Source of the DNA: Selaginella moellendorffii
Lineage: Eukaryota; Plantae; Lycopodiophyta
NCBI RefSeq assembly: GCF_000143415.4
Contig: NW_003314360.1
Span: forward strand, 298,435-362,434
DNA: 64,000 bases
Direction of reading: 5' to 3'
Under the pieces are notes generated by a model. That model had not been told where the DNA came from, made no database searches, and saw only the letters and a list, made by a program, of their open reading frames with translations. This document shows positions 47,700 through 59,055 of this stretch, piece by piece. A program made the translations under genes and the position numbers. Each line of letters opens with the position of its first letter. Positions within the stretch are counted from its first letter, which is position 1.

Positions 47700-48855
47700 T
47701 GTATTCATAGAAATGAACTAATCCTGAGTTCCTTGAGCAGGTTCGTGGGGCCTTACGAGATTGAGGCACGAATTGGGAAGGTGGCTTACCACCTCCGACT
47801 TCCTCGAGAAATGGGGAGGATGCACCCTATGTTCCACGTGAACTTACTTAACCCGTACTTTGAGGATCTGCTTCGCAAGGACCAAATAAGATCTTTACTT
47901 GAGGTTATCCGATGGGAAGAGGAATACGAAGTCGAGGCCATCCTCAATGTGTGCAATAACAAGCGACAAAGACGCGAGGTGAGGGAGTTTCATGTGAAGT
48001 GGAAAGGATTTCTACACTATGAAGCAACATAGGAACCGGAGGAGAATCTAGCGAACGCGTGGGATCTAGTGGAGGATTTTTGCAAGGTAGAACTTTATGT
48101 ATTTATGCAAAATTCAATTAAAGAATCTATTTTGAGAAATTGAGTAATGTCAATTGTTGGGACCCGAAGGCAAACTGGAGGTAAGTTAATTACCATGGGT
48201 TAGCTAGATCAACTAGGCGTAGGAAATTATGCCCGACTCCCCGCGGGAATGTCGAATCCATAAATGTATTTTATGGAGGCTGGGTTCGAGTCCTAACCCC
48301 CTAGTAAAGCAAGGTTGTTCAAGTCCTAACCCCATACTAGGGCATGGTGAGGGGAGGGGTGTAGGGACACCTATACTCTGTTGTCATAGGCTCTTGGCTG
48401 AGGAGGCTAATTTAGGCACACTGCTAAGTGGGGGGATGCCCCCGGGAGATATGGTCAACAAATCGTAGGATTAAAAAGAGGCATTTGGTGTGGGCATTGA
48501 ACTTTTCTATGGGTGGTAGAGTTGTAAGGAAACTCCTCGAGGTGTCGAAGGCTAAAGGATCCCCGAAAGCACAACCAAAATGATAAATAGTTCATCGGAT
48601 AAGACCAAGTCCGAGATCGAGTCCGAGGCCGACTCTAAGACAAAGATCAAGTCCGAGACCGACTCCGAGACCAAATTCGAGACCGAGTCCAAGACCAAGT
48701 TCACCCACTCTAGGAAGATAAACCGACTGTGGTGCTCCCAGCTCATGTGGAGTGGTGCCCCACTTGAGTACCTTGTTTGTCATCAGTCACCCAAAAAGAT
48801 TAAGATTTTATGTGTAAACATTAAGGAGATGTTAGAAAAGGGTGTTATCAAAAGT

Positions 48856-49277
48856 NNNNNNNNNNNNNNNNNNNNNNNNNNNNNNNNNNNNNNNNNNNNN
48901 NNNNNNNNNNNNNNNNNNNNNNNNNNNNNNNNNNNNNNNNNNNNNNNNNNNNNNNNNNNNNNNNNNNNNNNNNNNNNNNNNNNNNNNNNNNNNNNNNNNN
49001 NNNNNNNNNNNNNNNNNNNNNNNNNNNNNNNNNNNNNNNNNNNNNNNNNNNNNNNNNNNNNNNNNNNNNNNNNNNNNNNNNNNNNNNNNNNNNNNNNNNN
49101 NNNNNNNNNNNNNNNNNNNNNNNNNNNNNNNNNNNNNNNNNNNNNNNNNNNNNNNNNNNNNNNNNNNNNNNNNNNNNNNNNNNNNNNNNNNNNNNNNNNN
49201 NNNNNNNNNNNNNNNNNNNNNNNNNNNNNNNNNNNNNNNNNNNNNNNNNNNNNNNNNNNNNNNNNNNNNNNNNNNNN
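48856..49277. other. Assembly gap (422 N)
   Basis: Run of N within the RT of element A. Confidence 0.99.
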
Positions 49278-50674
49278 ATGTGAACCTTATCTTATGATGA
49301 AACTTGATAGGAGTCTTCATTTTTGCATTAATTTCATCCATAAAATGAAGTGACAATCCTGAATGTGCACCCATCTTCCTCACACACATAATAAAGATTT
49401 TTGGATTATCTGGGGAGAAGTCATTAGTTCACCAAATTAGATTTTGCTTGGGTATTAACAAGTATTGATGACTGAAGAAGATATTCATAAGACTATTTTT
49501 TATACATTGTTTGGTTTATATAAGTTCTTGGTGATGCTGTTTGGTTTGAATAATGTTATAGTAACTTTCCAGCAAATGATGAACGAGGTTCTTTGTAATA
49601 TGCTAAAGGTGACTATTGACTTTATTGATGATGTCTTGATCCACTTGAAGGGGACATGGGAGGAATATGTCCATAATGTTTGTAAAGTGTTAGATTGACT
49701 ACAGAAAGTTGGTTTAAAGCTGAAATGGTCAAAGTGCGTGTTTAGGTCCAAAGACATGACTTATCTTGGGTACCATATTTCCAATTGACCTTTCATTTTG
49801 CGCGTGGATGTTTTTGATACTATAGATTGTAAACTGTGAGTGGGTGTTTACGGATCTTAAAGAGTTGTTGATGACTTCTCCAGTTTTAGTGTATCCTAAC
49901 TACACTCAACCTTTCATTTTACTCGTGGATGCTTTTAATATTGGTCTTGGAAGTATGTTGATGCAAGAGAGCTCGAATGTGCATGGTTAACACCATCCTA
50001 TTGCATATATAAACTATACATTATAATCAGTGGAGGCGAACTACATCACAATAAAGAAGGAGTGTTTAGTAGTAGTTTGGGGTTTCAAGAAACTTTATGC
50101 ATATTTACATGGTTCTTCGACATTATTGGAAGGTGATCATGTTGCCGTTACTTCATTATTAAAGCAAAAGAATCTAGTTGGTCGTATTGCTCGGTGGGTT
50201 TTGAAGCTTCAGATATATGATTTTGATATTGTTCATCGCCTAAGGAGTTCTATAGCTGATGTTGATGCCCTTTCTTGAGCTCCTCTTTTTTCTTCACTCT
50301 CTTCTCATGTTTTTTACGAACCTGTTATTTCTACATTTGTGGAGTTTTTAGATGAGGATTCTATGTTGTCGGTGGTTGTTGTACTTGATGTTTAGTATCC
50401 ATAAGGTGTAGAGCAAGATTTACCTTCTCTTAATGAGATTTGTGAGACTCAAAAGATTGAGCTATGGATTTGAAGGCTTTAAGATGGGTTTGAGAATCTT
50501 GCATTACTTGTTGATGACTTGCCATTTCGGCATTTAAATTCTCAATATTGCCTTGAAGACAACCTTCTTTATTTTGTAGGGATAAATTCTAATGATCATT
50601 TATGGCTGGTGGTGCTTTCAATCTTTACTCCATGGTTTCTCCATACTTACCATAATTGTCCTATTTTAAGCAGC

Positions 50675-53600
50675 TGTCAGGAATCCCCCAATTCTTGCCA
50701 CATTCCTAACTCTCACCGGATTCCTGACCTACAGACCACATTCCTGACTCTCGAGACACTTCCCTATTCCTAACTCTCGAGACACTTCCCTATTCCCGAC
50801 TCTCTGATTCCTGAGTCTCGAGCCACATTCCTGATGATGATGTGGCACCTCCTCGACCTCAGCTATATTTAGTCCGTCCTCGATCCAAGAGTGATGGAGC
50901 TTCATCAACCTATAGTATATATAAGTTAGCCTTGTTCCATTTCTCCACAATCTGAATCAACGCCAGTCTAAGGCTTCTTCTTTGTTTTCACTTGCTTTTC
51001 TCTTTGTCTTTTGCATTTTCCAGTCTTGATCTTGTTGGGGGTCTTGACAGTTTGATTTAGATTGTGCTTTTTGCTTTTGCTTTAGCTCGTTTCGATTGTT
51101 TGATTGCCTTTGTCTTTTTCCTCCTTTTTTTCTTTCTTCTTGTTGATAGAGTCTCCAAGCCATCCTGATTTCTTTGCTGAAGTCCTTGCAAAAATCCAAT
51201 CTGAGAATACCAAGCTGAAGGCAACCCTTCTTCGCATGCAGCAGGAGCTTGCTTCACTTTCGGTTCAAGGATCCAGCAAAGTTCTTGAACCGAAGGTGAG
51301 TTTCCCGGCGAAATTTTCAGGCAAGCGTTCGGAGCTTCACGGATTTTTGAACTAAATGGAGCTGATCTTTGCACTTCAACATTGGCGGTACCCCACTTCC
51401 GAGTCTCAAATCAGCGCGATTGGGACGTTGCTCGAAGGTGCAACTTTGTCATGGTTTTTTCCTCTATTGGAGAAGAGCATGAAAGGGGTCGTGGTTTCGG
51501 AGGTGATGGATCTTCAATTGTTCAAAGAGAAGCTCGAAGCATGTTTTGGCGAGACGGATCGGGTTTGGGCTGCTACCACAAAGATGGGACGTCTCTCTCA
51601 GTGGTCTCATCCTGCCTCGATCTACGCTGCAGAATTCCAACTCCTTGCTTTGGACACTCAGTGGGATGAGTGGGCCCTGATTGACCAATTTCATTTTGGC
51701 CTCAACAATGGTGTCAAGGATTTATTGCTCACCATGGAGGATCCCAAGGACCTGTCGGACGCCATCAACAAAGCTATTCGATGTGACAATCGTCTCTTTG
51801 AATGTCGTCAGGAAAGTCGCCGCGCCTCTATTTTTCCGTTCCAAACTCAGGAATCCCAGCTTGAGTCTTTGGGGCATACTCCTGAACCTACTGCTCTAGT
51901 CCCAATGGATATTTCTGGTACTCCCCGACTCATTAGAGGGAAGTTGAGTCCTGCTGAGAAGCAACATCGAATATCTCATAATCTTTGCCTCTACTGTGTT
52001 GATCCTAATCACAAAGCAGCTGTGTGTCCCAAGAAGCCTCCCCGACTGCTCGAGTTCACTCTGCCTCAAAGTCCACCTCTGTTGCAGTCGGGAAACAACA
52101 CTGTCCAAATAAAGTAGGAGTTGTCTATTTGGACTCCCTGAATAAAAATCACTTTTTTTCTTTATTAAGCTCCTCACCACCTTTCATCAAAGCCACCACC
52201 AATTCCCGCAACTTCCGTGTCCCATGTCTCCTTTCTTTCATCGGACAATTAGGACTCAAGGCTCTGGCGCTACTGGACTCAAGTGCAACTTCCTGCTTCA
52301 TGGACACGGACTTTGCTGCCCGACATCACATTCCTCTTTCTCCTACCATATGGGATCTAAGGGTTGAAGGCATCAGCGGGCATTTTGTGTCTCCATCTTC
52401 TGGACTTAGGGAAACATTGCCCATTCGAGTACACATCAGGTCCACCATCACCGATATCGCCTTCAACATCATCAACAGCAAGTCCTCCTCTGTGGTGCTC
52501 GGTCTTCTTTGGTTCCAACTACATCAGCCTCAGATCTGTTGGAAGGAATTACAGCTCATCTCTCCCACATCACCATCTCCCACGGCTTCCCTTGCTATTC
52601 ATCGAGTCCGAATCAGGAAAAGTTCTCTAAACTCAAATCGGGGTTCTGTTCCTGACTCTACGAAGTTTTCACCCTCTTTTTTTTCCTCTCTTCCATCTTA
52701 CACTGGACAATATCCTCGTTTCATCATTCCATTTAGTCGTACACCTCCTCTTATCTCCACAATCATTATGAAAGAACTCCTTCATGAAGAATCTATTTTC
52801 CTTTTTGCTTTACATGTTTTTCCTGTCAGTCTTCCTGAGAAGTATCATGATTTTGGGGATGTGTTTGAGAAGTAAAAAGCTAGTGTATGCTTTATTTCGT
52901 TAAAGTGGAACTTATTCAGTAAAGTGGGACATTAATTAGCATGTGTCCACATGCCATTTCCTAATACTTAATTAATATTTATTAATATTTCTATCAGTTT
53001 TTTAATTTATTTTTTATATTTCACAATATTATAACACAAAATCATATGAAAAGTTTTTAATTTATAAATTATAAAGCTAAAACTTCAATTTTTTATTGTT
53101 GTTATAAAAATGGCATGTGGCCACACACCATAAGTGGGATAATGAAAAGTTCCACTTTAACGAAATAAAGCATGTATACTACCTGTTCATTGGCCTTATG
53201 ACTATCCCATTGATTTACAGGAAGGAGCGTCACCTCTGTGGGGGCCTATCTACGGGTTATCCCCGTCCGAGCTTAAGGCCCTCAAAGAGCACGTAGATGA
53301 GAACCTTGTCTCGGGGTACATTTAACATTCGCAATCCCCGGTTGGAGCACCTGTCTTCTTTGTCAAGAAGAAGGATGGGAGTTTGTGGCTAGTCATTGAT
53401 TACCAAGGTTTGAACAAGGTGACTGTTCGGAACCGTTATCCGCTGCCCTTGATCTCGGACTTGTTGGAACGCCTTGGTGGTGCCCGCTTCTTCACCAAGA
53501 TCAACCTCCGTGGAGCATACAACCTGATCTGGATCCGGCCTGGTGATGAATGGAAAACTGCGTTCCGAACCCACTATGGCCACTTCGAGTACACTGTTAT

Positions 53601-56060
53601 GCCATTTGGCTTAACAAATGCTCCAGCAGTTTTCCAACACATGGCAAACAACGTCTTTCGGGAGTTTCTTGATCAAATGGTGATTGTCTACCTCGATGAC
53701 ATCCTCATTTACTCAAAAACTCAAGAAGAGCACGACGAACATGTACGAAAGGTACTGGTGAAGCTGCAAGAACACAACATATATGCGAAGCTTGAGAAAT
53801 GTTCCTTCGATCAGCAGTCTGTGGAGTTCCTTGGGTACATTGTCACTCTTGAGGGTATCATGATGGATTCTGCCAAAGTCAAGACTATTTTCGAGTGGGA
53901 GCCTCCACAATCAATGTCGGACGTTCAGGTTTTCCTTGACTTCGCCAACTTCTACCGCAAATTCATTGATCACTACTCTAACATTGTCCTTCCTCTCATG
54001 CATTTCACTTGCAAGAATGTTCCCTTCTCTTGGTCTGCTGTTGCCCAGCAGGCCTTTGACACACTCAAGGCGGCCTTCAGTTCAGCTCCCGTTTTGATCC
54101 ATGCTGATTCCTCACAACCTTTCTTCATCGAGGCTGACGCCTCTGACTTTGCCATCGGTGCTTTGCTGTCTCAACTCGAAGCGGATCAAGAACTTCATCT
54201 GGTCGCTTTCCATTCTTGGAAATTCCAGCCTACGGAGATCAATTACGAAATCCACGACAAGGAGCTCCTTGCCATCATGGATTCCTTTGGAGAGTGGCGC
54301 CGTTTCTTGGAGGGGGCGGGCCATCAAACAACAATCTAGACGGTTCACAAAAATCTCGAGTACTTTGCCACTTCCCGAGTTTTAAGCTGTCATCAAGCAA
54401 GGTGGGCACAATTCCTGAGTTAGTTTGACTTTGTTATCAAGTACAAACCTGGAAAGCTTCAAGGCCTTCCTGATGCTCTTTCAAGGCGCTCCTATCTCAG
54501 TCTCAAGCCTGGTAATCCTACCTTTGATCAACAGGATCAAGTTATCCTCGGTCCTGATTGGCTTCAAGTTATGGCAATTTCTCTGGCCCATCAGGACTCC
54601 TCCTTGATGGATGCGATTAGAAACGATCTTCAATCCGATGATCTCACCAGCGACATTTTCCCCATTTTTAGGCTTTTCACCCAGTGACTCCCGACTGCTG
54701 GCGATTTGACGAGTTTGAGTTCTTAGATGGCTTATTGTACCGTGGGGAGTAGCTTTACGTTCCTAAAGGTGATGCTCGAAGGTTGGTCCTGATGGCGTGC
54801 CACGATAGCCCGATTATTGGTCACTTCGGCATTGCGAAAACCTATGAGCTAGTTGCACGGGACTTTTGGTGGCCTCACATGGACGACTACATCAAAGCTT
54901 TTGTTACCTCCTGTGACACTTGCACCCGGAATAAAGTACCTCCCCACCTTCCTTCAGGTTTGCTCCGTTCCCTTTTGGTCCCTTTAGGTCCTTGGGAATC
55001 CATCTCCATGGATTTCTTGAGTGATTTTCCGAGTTCTGGAGGCTTCAACAGCATTTTAGTCATGGTGGATCGCTTCACAAAGATGGCGCACTTCTTGCCA
55101 TGTACCAAGGAGTTTTCGGGTGAGGACATGGCAAAAGTGGTATTCAGGGAAATTTTTCGACTTCATGGGATTCCTACAGATGTGGTTTTGGATCGGGGGC
55201 CTCAGTTCATCTCTCATTTCTAGCAACGGTTTTTGCAGCTGCTTGGAGTGAAGGTCAACCTCTCTTCGGCGTATCATCCTCAAACTGATGGACAGTCCGA
55301 GCGAACGATTCAGATGTTGGAACAATTCTTGAGGTGCTTCATCAACTATCATCAAGATAACTGGTTCGATATCCTTCCCCTTGCTGAGTTCTCCTATAAC
55401 AACTCTGTTCACTCCTCTCTTCAAATTTCCCCCTTCTTTGCAAACTCTGGCCGAAATCCCCGATTCAATCTCTCACTTCCTTCTCCATCCAAATCCTCTC
55501 GTTCAAATCCCCGCTCTGTGGCATTTGTCTCCAACCTCTAGGAAATCCACAACTCCATCTCCTTCCACCTCCATCGTGCTCAGGAATCTCACAAAACATT
55601 TGCCAATGTCCATCATCAGGATTGTCCCCCTTACAATATTGGGGATAAAATCTGGCTCCTTAGGCGAAATATCTCCACCACCAAGCCCTGTCCAAAACTT
55701 GATTTCAAACGCCTCGGTCCTTTCCCTATCACTGCCATCATTAACCCTGTCACTTATCGCCTTGCACTTCCCTCCTCATATCAAATTCACCCCATTTTTC
55801 ACTCCTCTCTCCTTGAGCCTTATATTCTCAGTCCTATTCCCAATTGGGTCATTCCTCCGCCTCCACCAGTGCAGCTTGAGGATGGGTCTGAGTACGAGGT
55901 TTAGGACATCCTTGATTCCAAGATTTCATGGTCTAAACTCTACTATCTAGTCGACTGGAAGGGTTATAGACTTGAGGAACGCACTTGGGAACCTGCGGAC
56001 AACCTGATTCATTCTCCTGACCTTGTTCAGGACTTCCACTGCTGCTATCCTTCTCGTCCG
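50675..56060 (+). mobile_element. Element E: Tcn1/Tf1-like chromovirus, 3' LTR missing
   Basis: 5' LTR 50675-51049 (TGTCAGGA...TCTTGACA). gag EPKVSFPAKFSG...CLYC..NH...C, GGGAAAC frameshift site 52090-52096, protease ALLDSSA, RT VYLDDILIYS, RNase H EADASDFAIG, integrase SAYHPQTDGQSER, GPF, and chromodomain YLVDWKGY...TWEP. Scattered stops. Confidence 0.92.
52887..53173. mobile_element. MITE (~290 bp) related to the Sola-like transposon at 57848+
   Basis: 27-bp perfect TIR atgctttatttcgttaaagtggaactt / aagttccactttaacgaaataaagcat, AT-rich interior and subterminal ggcatgtg.ccaca motifs. It interrupts pol of element E at a TA-containing site. TSD length is ambiguous. Confidence 0.9.
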
Positions 56061-56721
56061 AGCATGGACCATACTTGAGCTCACGAGCTGAAGAGTTGAG
56101 CTCACGAGTTGAGCTCAATTTTCAATTGTAATTTAGGACAAACATTATAAACTTTAAAATTTTAAGTTATGGCGAACTTAATAATTTCATAACTCTCTAT
56201 ATATTATATAGATAAAAATGTTCTAAAGGACACTTCTTGTTCTAATAATTTAAATATTTACTACATGCAATAATAGAGACGTTTGTTAGAATATAAAATA
56301 AAATGTTTGCAAAAAGAGTATTCTTGTCACTTCTTTAAATTTGTACTCTGTGCTTTCTAGCTAGTAAATGTCAGGTTCATCAAAAATTTTAAATTATTAA
56401 ATTTGAATTAAGATTCTATAAGGCCATATAACCATTTGGAAGGAAAAAAAAACAACTGTGATGGTACATATACTCTCACAATACATTGTAACATCATACG
56501 CCCGAAAGACTATCACGAAATATTTTTTGAGAAGGTAAAGACAAAAATGGAGACTCACAAATACTATGGGTAGTATTGCGAAAAGAACCTCACAAGTATA
56601 TGAAATGAAAAGTGAAATAATAAAATATTTTTATTAATTATATAAGGTATAATTAGTTTATATTATTGATAGAGAATAAACATCGATAGTGCTGGAAAAT
56701 CTAATTAGCTCCAAAAGTTTT

Positions 56722-57845
56722 CTACAACTCGGCAATAGTAAGGCTTGCTTGGTGTATATGAATATCCACTTTAGGATCCTGGTGCAAGATGTTGATGAAG
56801 ATGTAGTACATATGCTTGCAAAGAGCATATGCCTTCCCATGTTCCTCGCGCTTCGTAAAGTCTGGACATGTGCAAGAAGGAAAGTCTTGAATGGCAATTG
56901 TGTACTCTCCACCTTCTGATTTGACTGTGTACTCCTTTGCGAGCGCAGTGATGTACTTCGTGGAGAGAATCTCACACTCAAGTGTTTGAGCCAAGTTTAT
57001 TTTACCTTGCTTCTGCTTGGAGACGGTACCAATAAATTTAACTGCCTTACCTTTTCGTGTTGGCCTCCTGTGCATCTCTGTAGGAATAGTCTTGGTTCTG
57101 TCATTCATATCTCCAACTCTCCTCTCAAGATTGAAACTAGGTTTCTCAAGGTTTTCAATCTCATCCGATGTGAGCGCAACCCCATTAACAACTGGCCATT
57201 CTTTAGGTACTGCATTACGTTTAGTCACTATAGTGTCTTCAAGCCGCTTTGTATGGTTGACATCAGAGTTGCAGCAATATAACCAACACCATCTTGAAAA
57301 TCCTGCTTGCTTTCGTTCCCCATAGAAACATGGGGCTGGAACAGAAGCAGACTTATCACCACGGATCCAAGCCCAACACTTGCCCCTTGGAAGCATCCCC
57401 ACACACCTTACATTTGATTTCGCTAGCACTCGACAGATTGCCCATTGCTTCGGCTCCACACTACGATAAGCAATTTCAACTTGCTATGATACACTTTCTT
57501 CATTAGCCACTTGAGGTGGTTCGGTTCTGGGGCGATGTCTTAGAGTAGAATGATACTCAACATTAGGCATGTGAGAGCTTTTTGCTCCAAGATTCGTGCC
57601 AACATCTTCACCAGCAAAGGAAAATCGACGCTTTGAGCGGACAGTCTTCATATCACCAATAGAAGCCCGAGGAGTGTACTCCATAGATGTGCTGCGGACC
57701 ACTTCCTCCACTGCAGTTGCCATTGTTCGTGCTGGTGGAGTCACTTTCTTCTTCATCCGATCGTGTAACATGTCAACCGAAGGTCCTGTTCCCATGTATC
57801 TTCCTTCCTCAAATGCCAAGGCTTTTGAAGACTGCTCTACAGTGC
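56722..57845 (-). pseudogene. SWIM zinc-finger protein remnant, probably transposon-associated, 5'-truncated by the Sola-like insertion
   Basis: YTIAIQDFPSCTCPDF...LCKHMYYIF SWIM motif. ORFs 57484-57819 and 56722-57459 are in the same frame, separated by one stop. Confidence 0.7.
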
Positions 57846-59055
57846 ATATAAGCTCTATTTCGTTAAAGTGGGATTTATTCAGTAAAATGGGACTAGGTAC
57901 AAATTTTCAAGTATTTGAAAATGACGTGAAATTATATGTTTTTTGTCCAGGGGCTAGACATATCTGGGGCATGGTGACTAGCGCGGTGACCTTATGTCCA
58001 GACTGAGTCCATCTAGTTGTATAATAAATCTCATTGTCAAGGTGAACAAGCCGAATCTGAAGTTAAAGAAGAGCGATGGCATGCGCGCACACACTATTTG
58101 TTTGTTCATTGAGCGTGTGGTGAGCTTTCCAAGATGAACATCATTCCTATTAGCCAGACATATAACTTAATGGTGAGAACATTTAGATATTATTCAATGT
58201 TATCTTTTTCTAACGAATCTAATTGTGAAGGTGTAGCAAGAGGCATTGCTAGTCTGGAGAAGTCATTTAACTCATTTGACCCTTAGTGTATTTTAATGAA
58301 ACTAAATAACATTCATATTATTAAGGAATTTCTCTAGTACCTTTTTTTTACGACATAGAGGCTTGCATTTCTTTCAAAGGTGATTTAGTAAAAGGCCTGA
58401 GGGCACATGCCATTCTATTTCTCAGACCGGTATTAAGATATACTAGTGCAAAGGGAAAAAGGTATTTGGTGATCAAGTAAATGGCATGAGGGCACACGCC
58501 ATTATAAGCCTAAGCGCTAGTGGACACCTCCTTTTTGGTACTCTCAGCGGTACTATCATCCTTCTCCGGGTCAGTTGTTTTGCTTTGGATTGTTGTCTCT
58601 GACGTTACTGGGGCGTTCTCGATAGTTGTTAATGTTGCCGTTTGTTCAGAAAAATGATCATTTGGAGTATAGTACGGGGAGTTTGGAAGACTTATATATT
58701 CTACATCTTCACCTATCTCCTTCTCCGTCTCCTTTTCTGCCTCACTTACAGATTTTGTGCTTGCCATGAGAACGCTCTTCACCCTAAAATATGGAGTTCG
58801 TTGTGTTATAAAAGGAAACCAACACACACGCTGCAAGGGAATGATGGTACATAAAGCACGTAAGCCCACAATATGGGTTTATGTGCCATTAATATGGGCC
58901 ACACGCCATATTATTAGATTTATGCACGTGTGATTGGTAAATGCATATGTCACATCATCTTTGTTTTACCTCACACACTATATCAAGCCTCCTCTGATTC
59001 AGATTCGGATTGTTCACCTTGAAATAAAATACATTAGAAACTTTGTAAAGGAATA

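Larger units (their letters stand above)
40306..48700 (+). mobile_element. Element B: decayed chromovirus (Ty3/Gypsy) with intron-like insertions in integrase
   Basis: 5' LTR starts tataaggaacc (40306). 3' LTR starts tgtaaggaaac (48523) after PPT gggtggtagag and appears truncated. gag with CYNCGEVGHFSKKC, protease FIDTGAS, RT 42856-43550, RNase H KTDASDFALG, integrase HHCC/DDE, and GPY plus chromodomain EEYEVEAIL...HVKWKG at 47741-48060. Many deamination-type stops. Confidence 0.9.
37950..50674 (+). mobile_element. Element A: old non-chromo Ty3/Gypsy retrotransposon, the outer host of the nest
   Basis: LTR ends ...ctcaca at 38116, followed by a degenerate tRNA-Ala-like PBS (tagtggagataagaggca). 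Zinc knuckle C..CDEVGH at ~39090. Protease ALVDTGSS is split by the TRIM, with DLILGIN at ~40212. RT (KEMLEKGVIK, KTIFYT.FGLY.F.VM.FGL, FIDDVLI) at 48780-49760, RNase H (NYITIKKECLVVVWG) at ~50040 and integrase start to 50674. Left boundary approximate. Confidence 0.75.

Noticed and set aside
48856-49277. Hidden insertion in the gap, since flanking RT motifs are almost contiguous
   Set aside because: The gap size may simply be overestimated; this is untestable from N bases.
56076-56117. ttgagctcacgag repeat as a CRISPR-like or regulatory array
   Set aside because: Eukaryotic context, three short units and no unique spacers. It is more likely a transposon end or junction.
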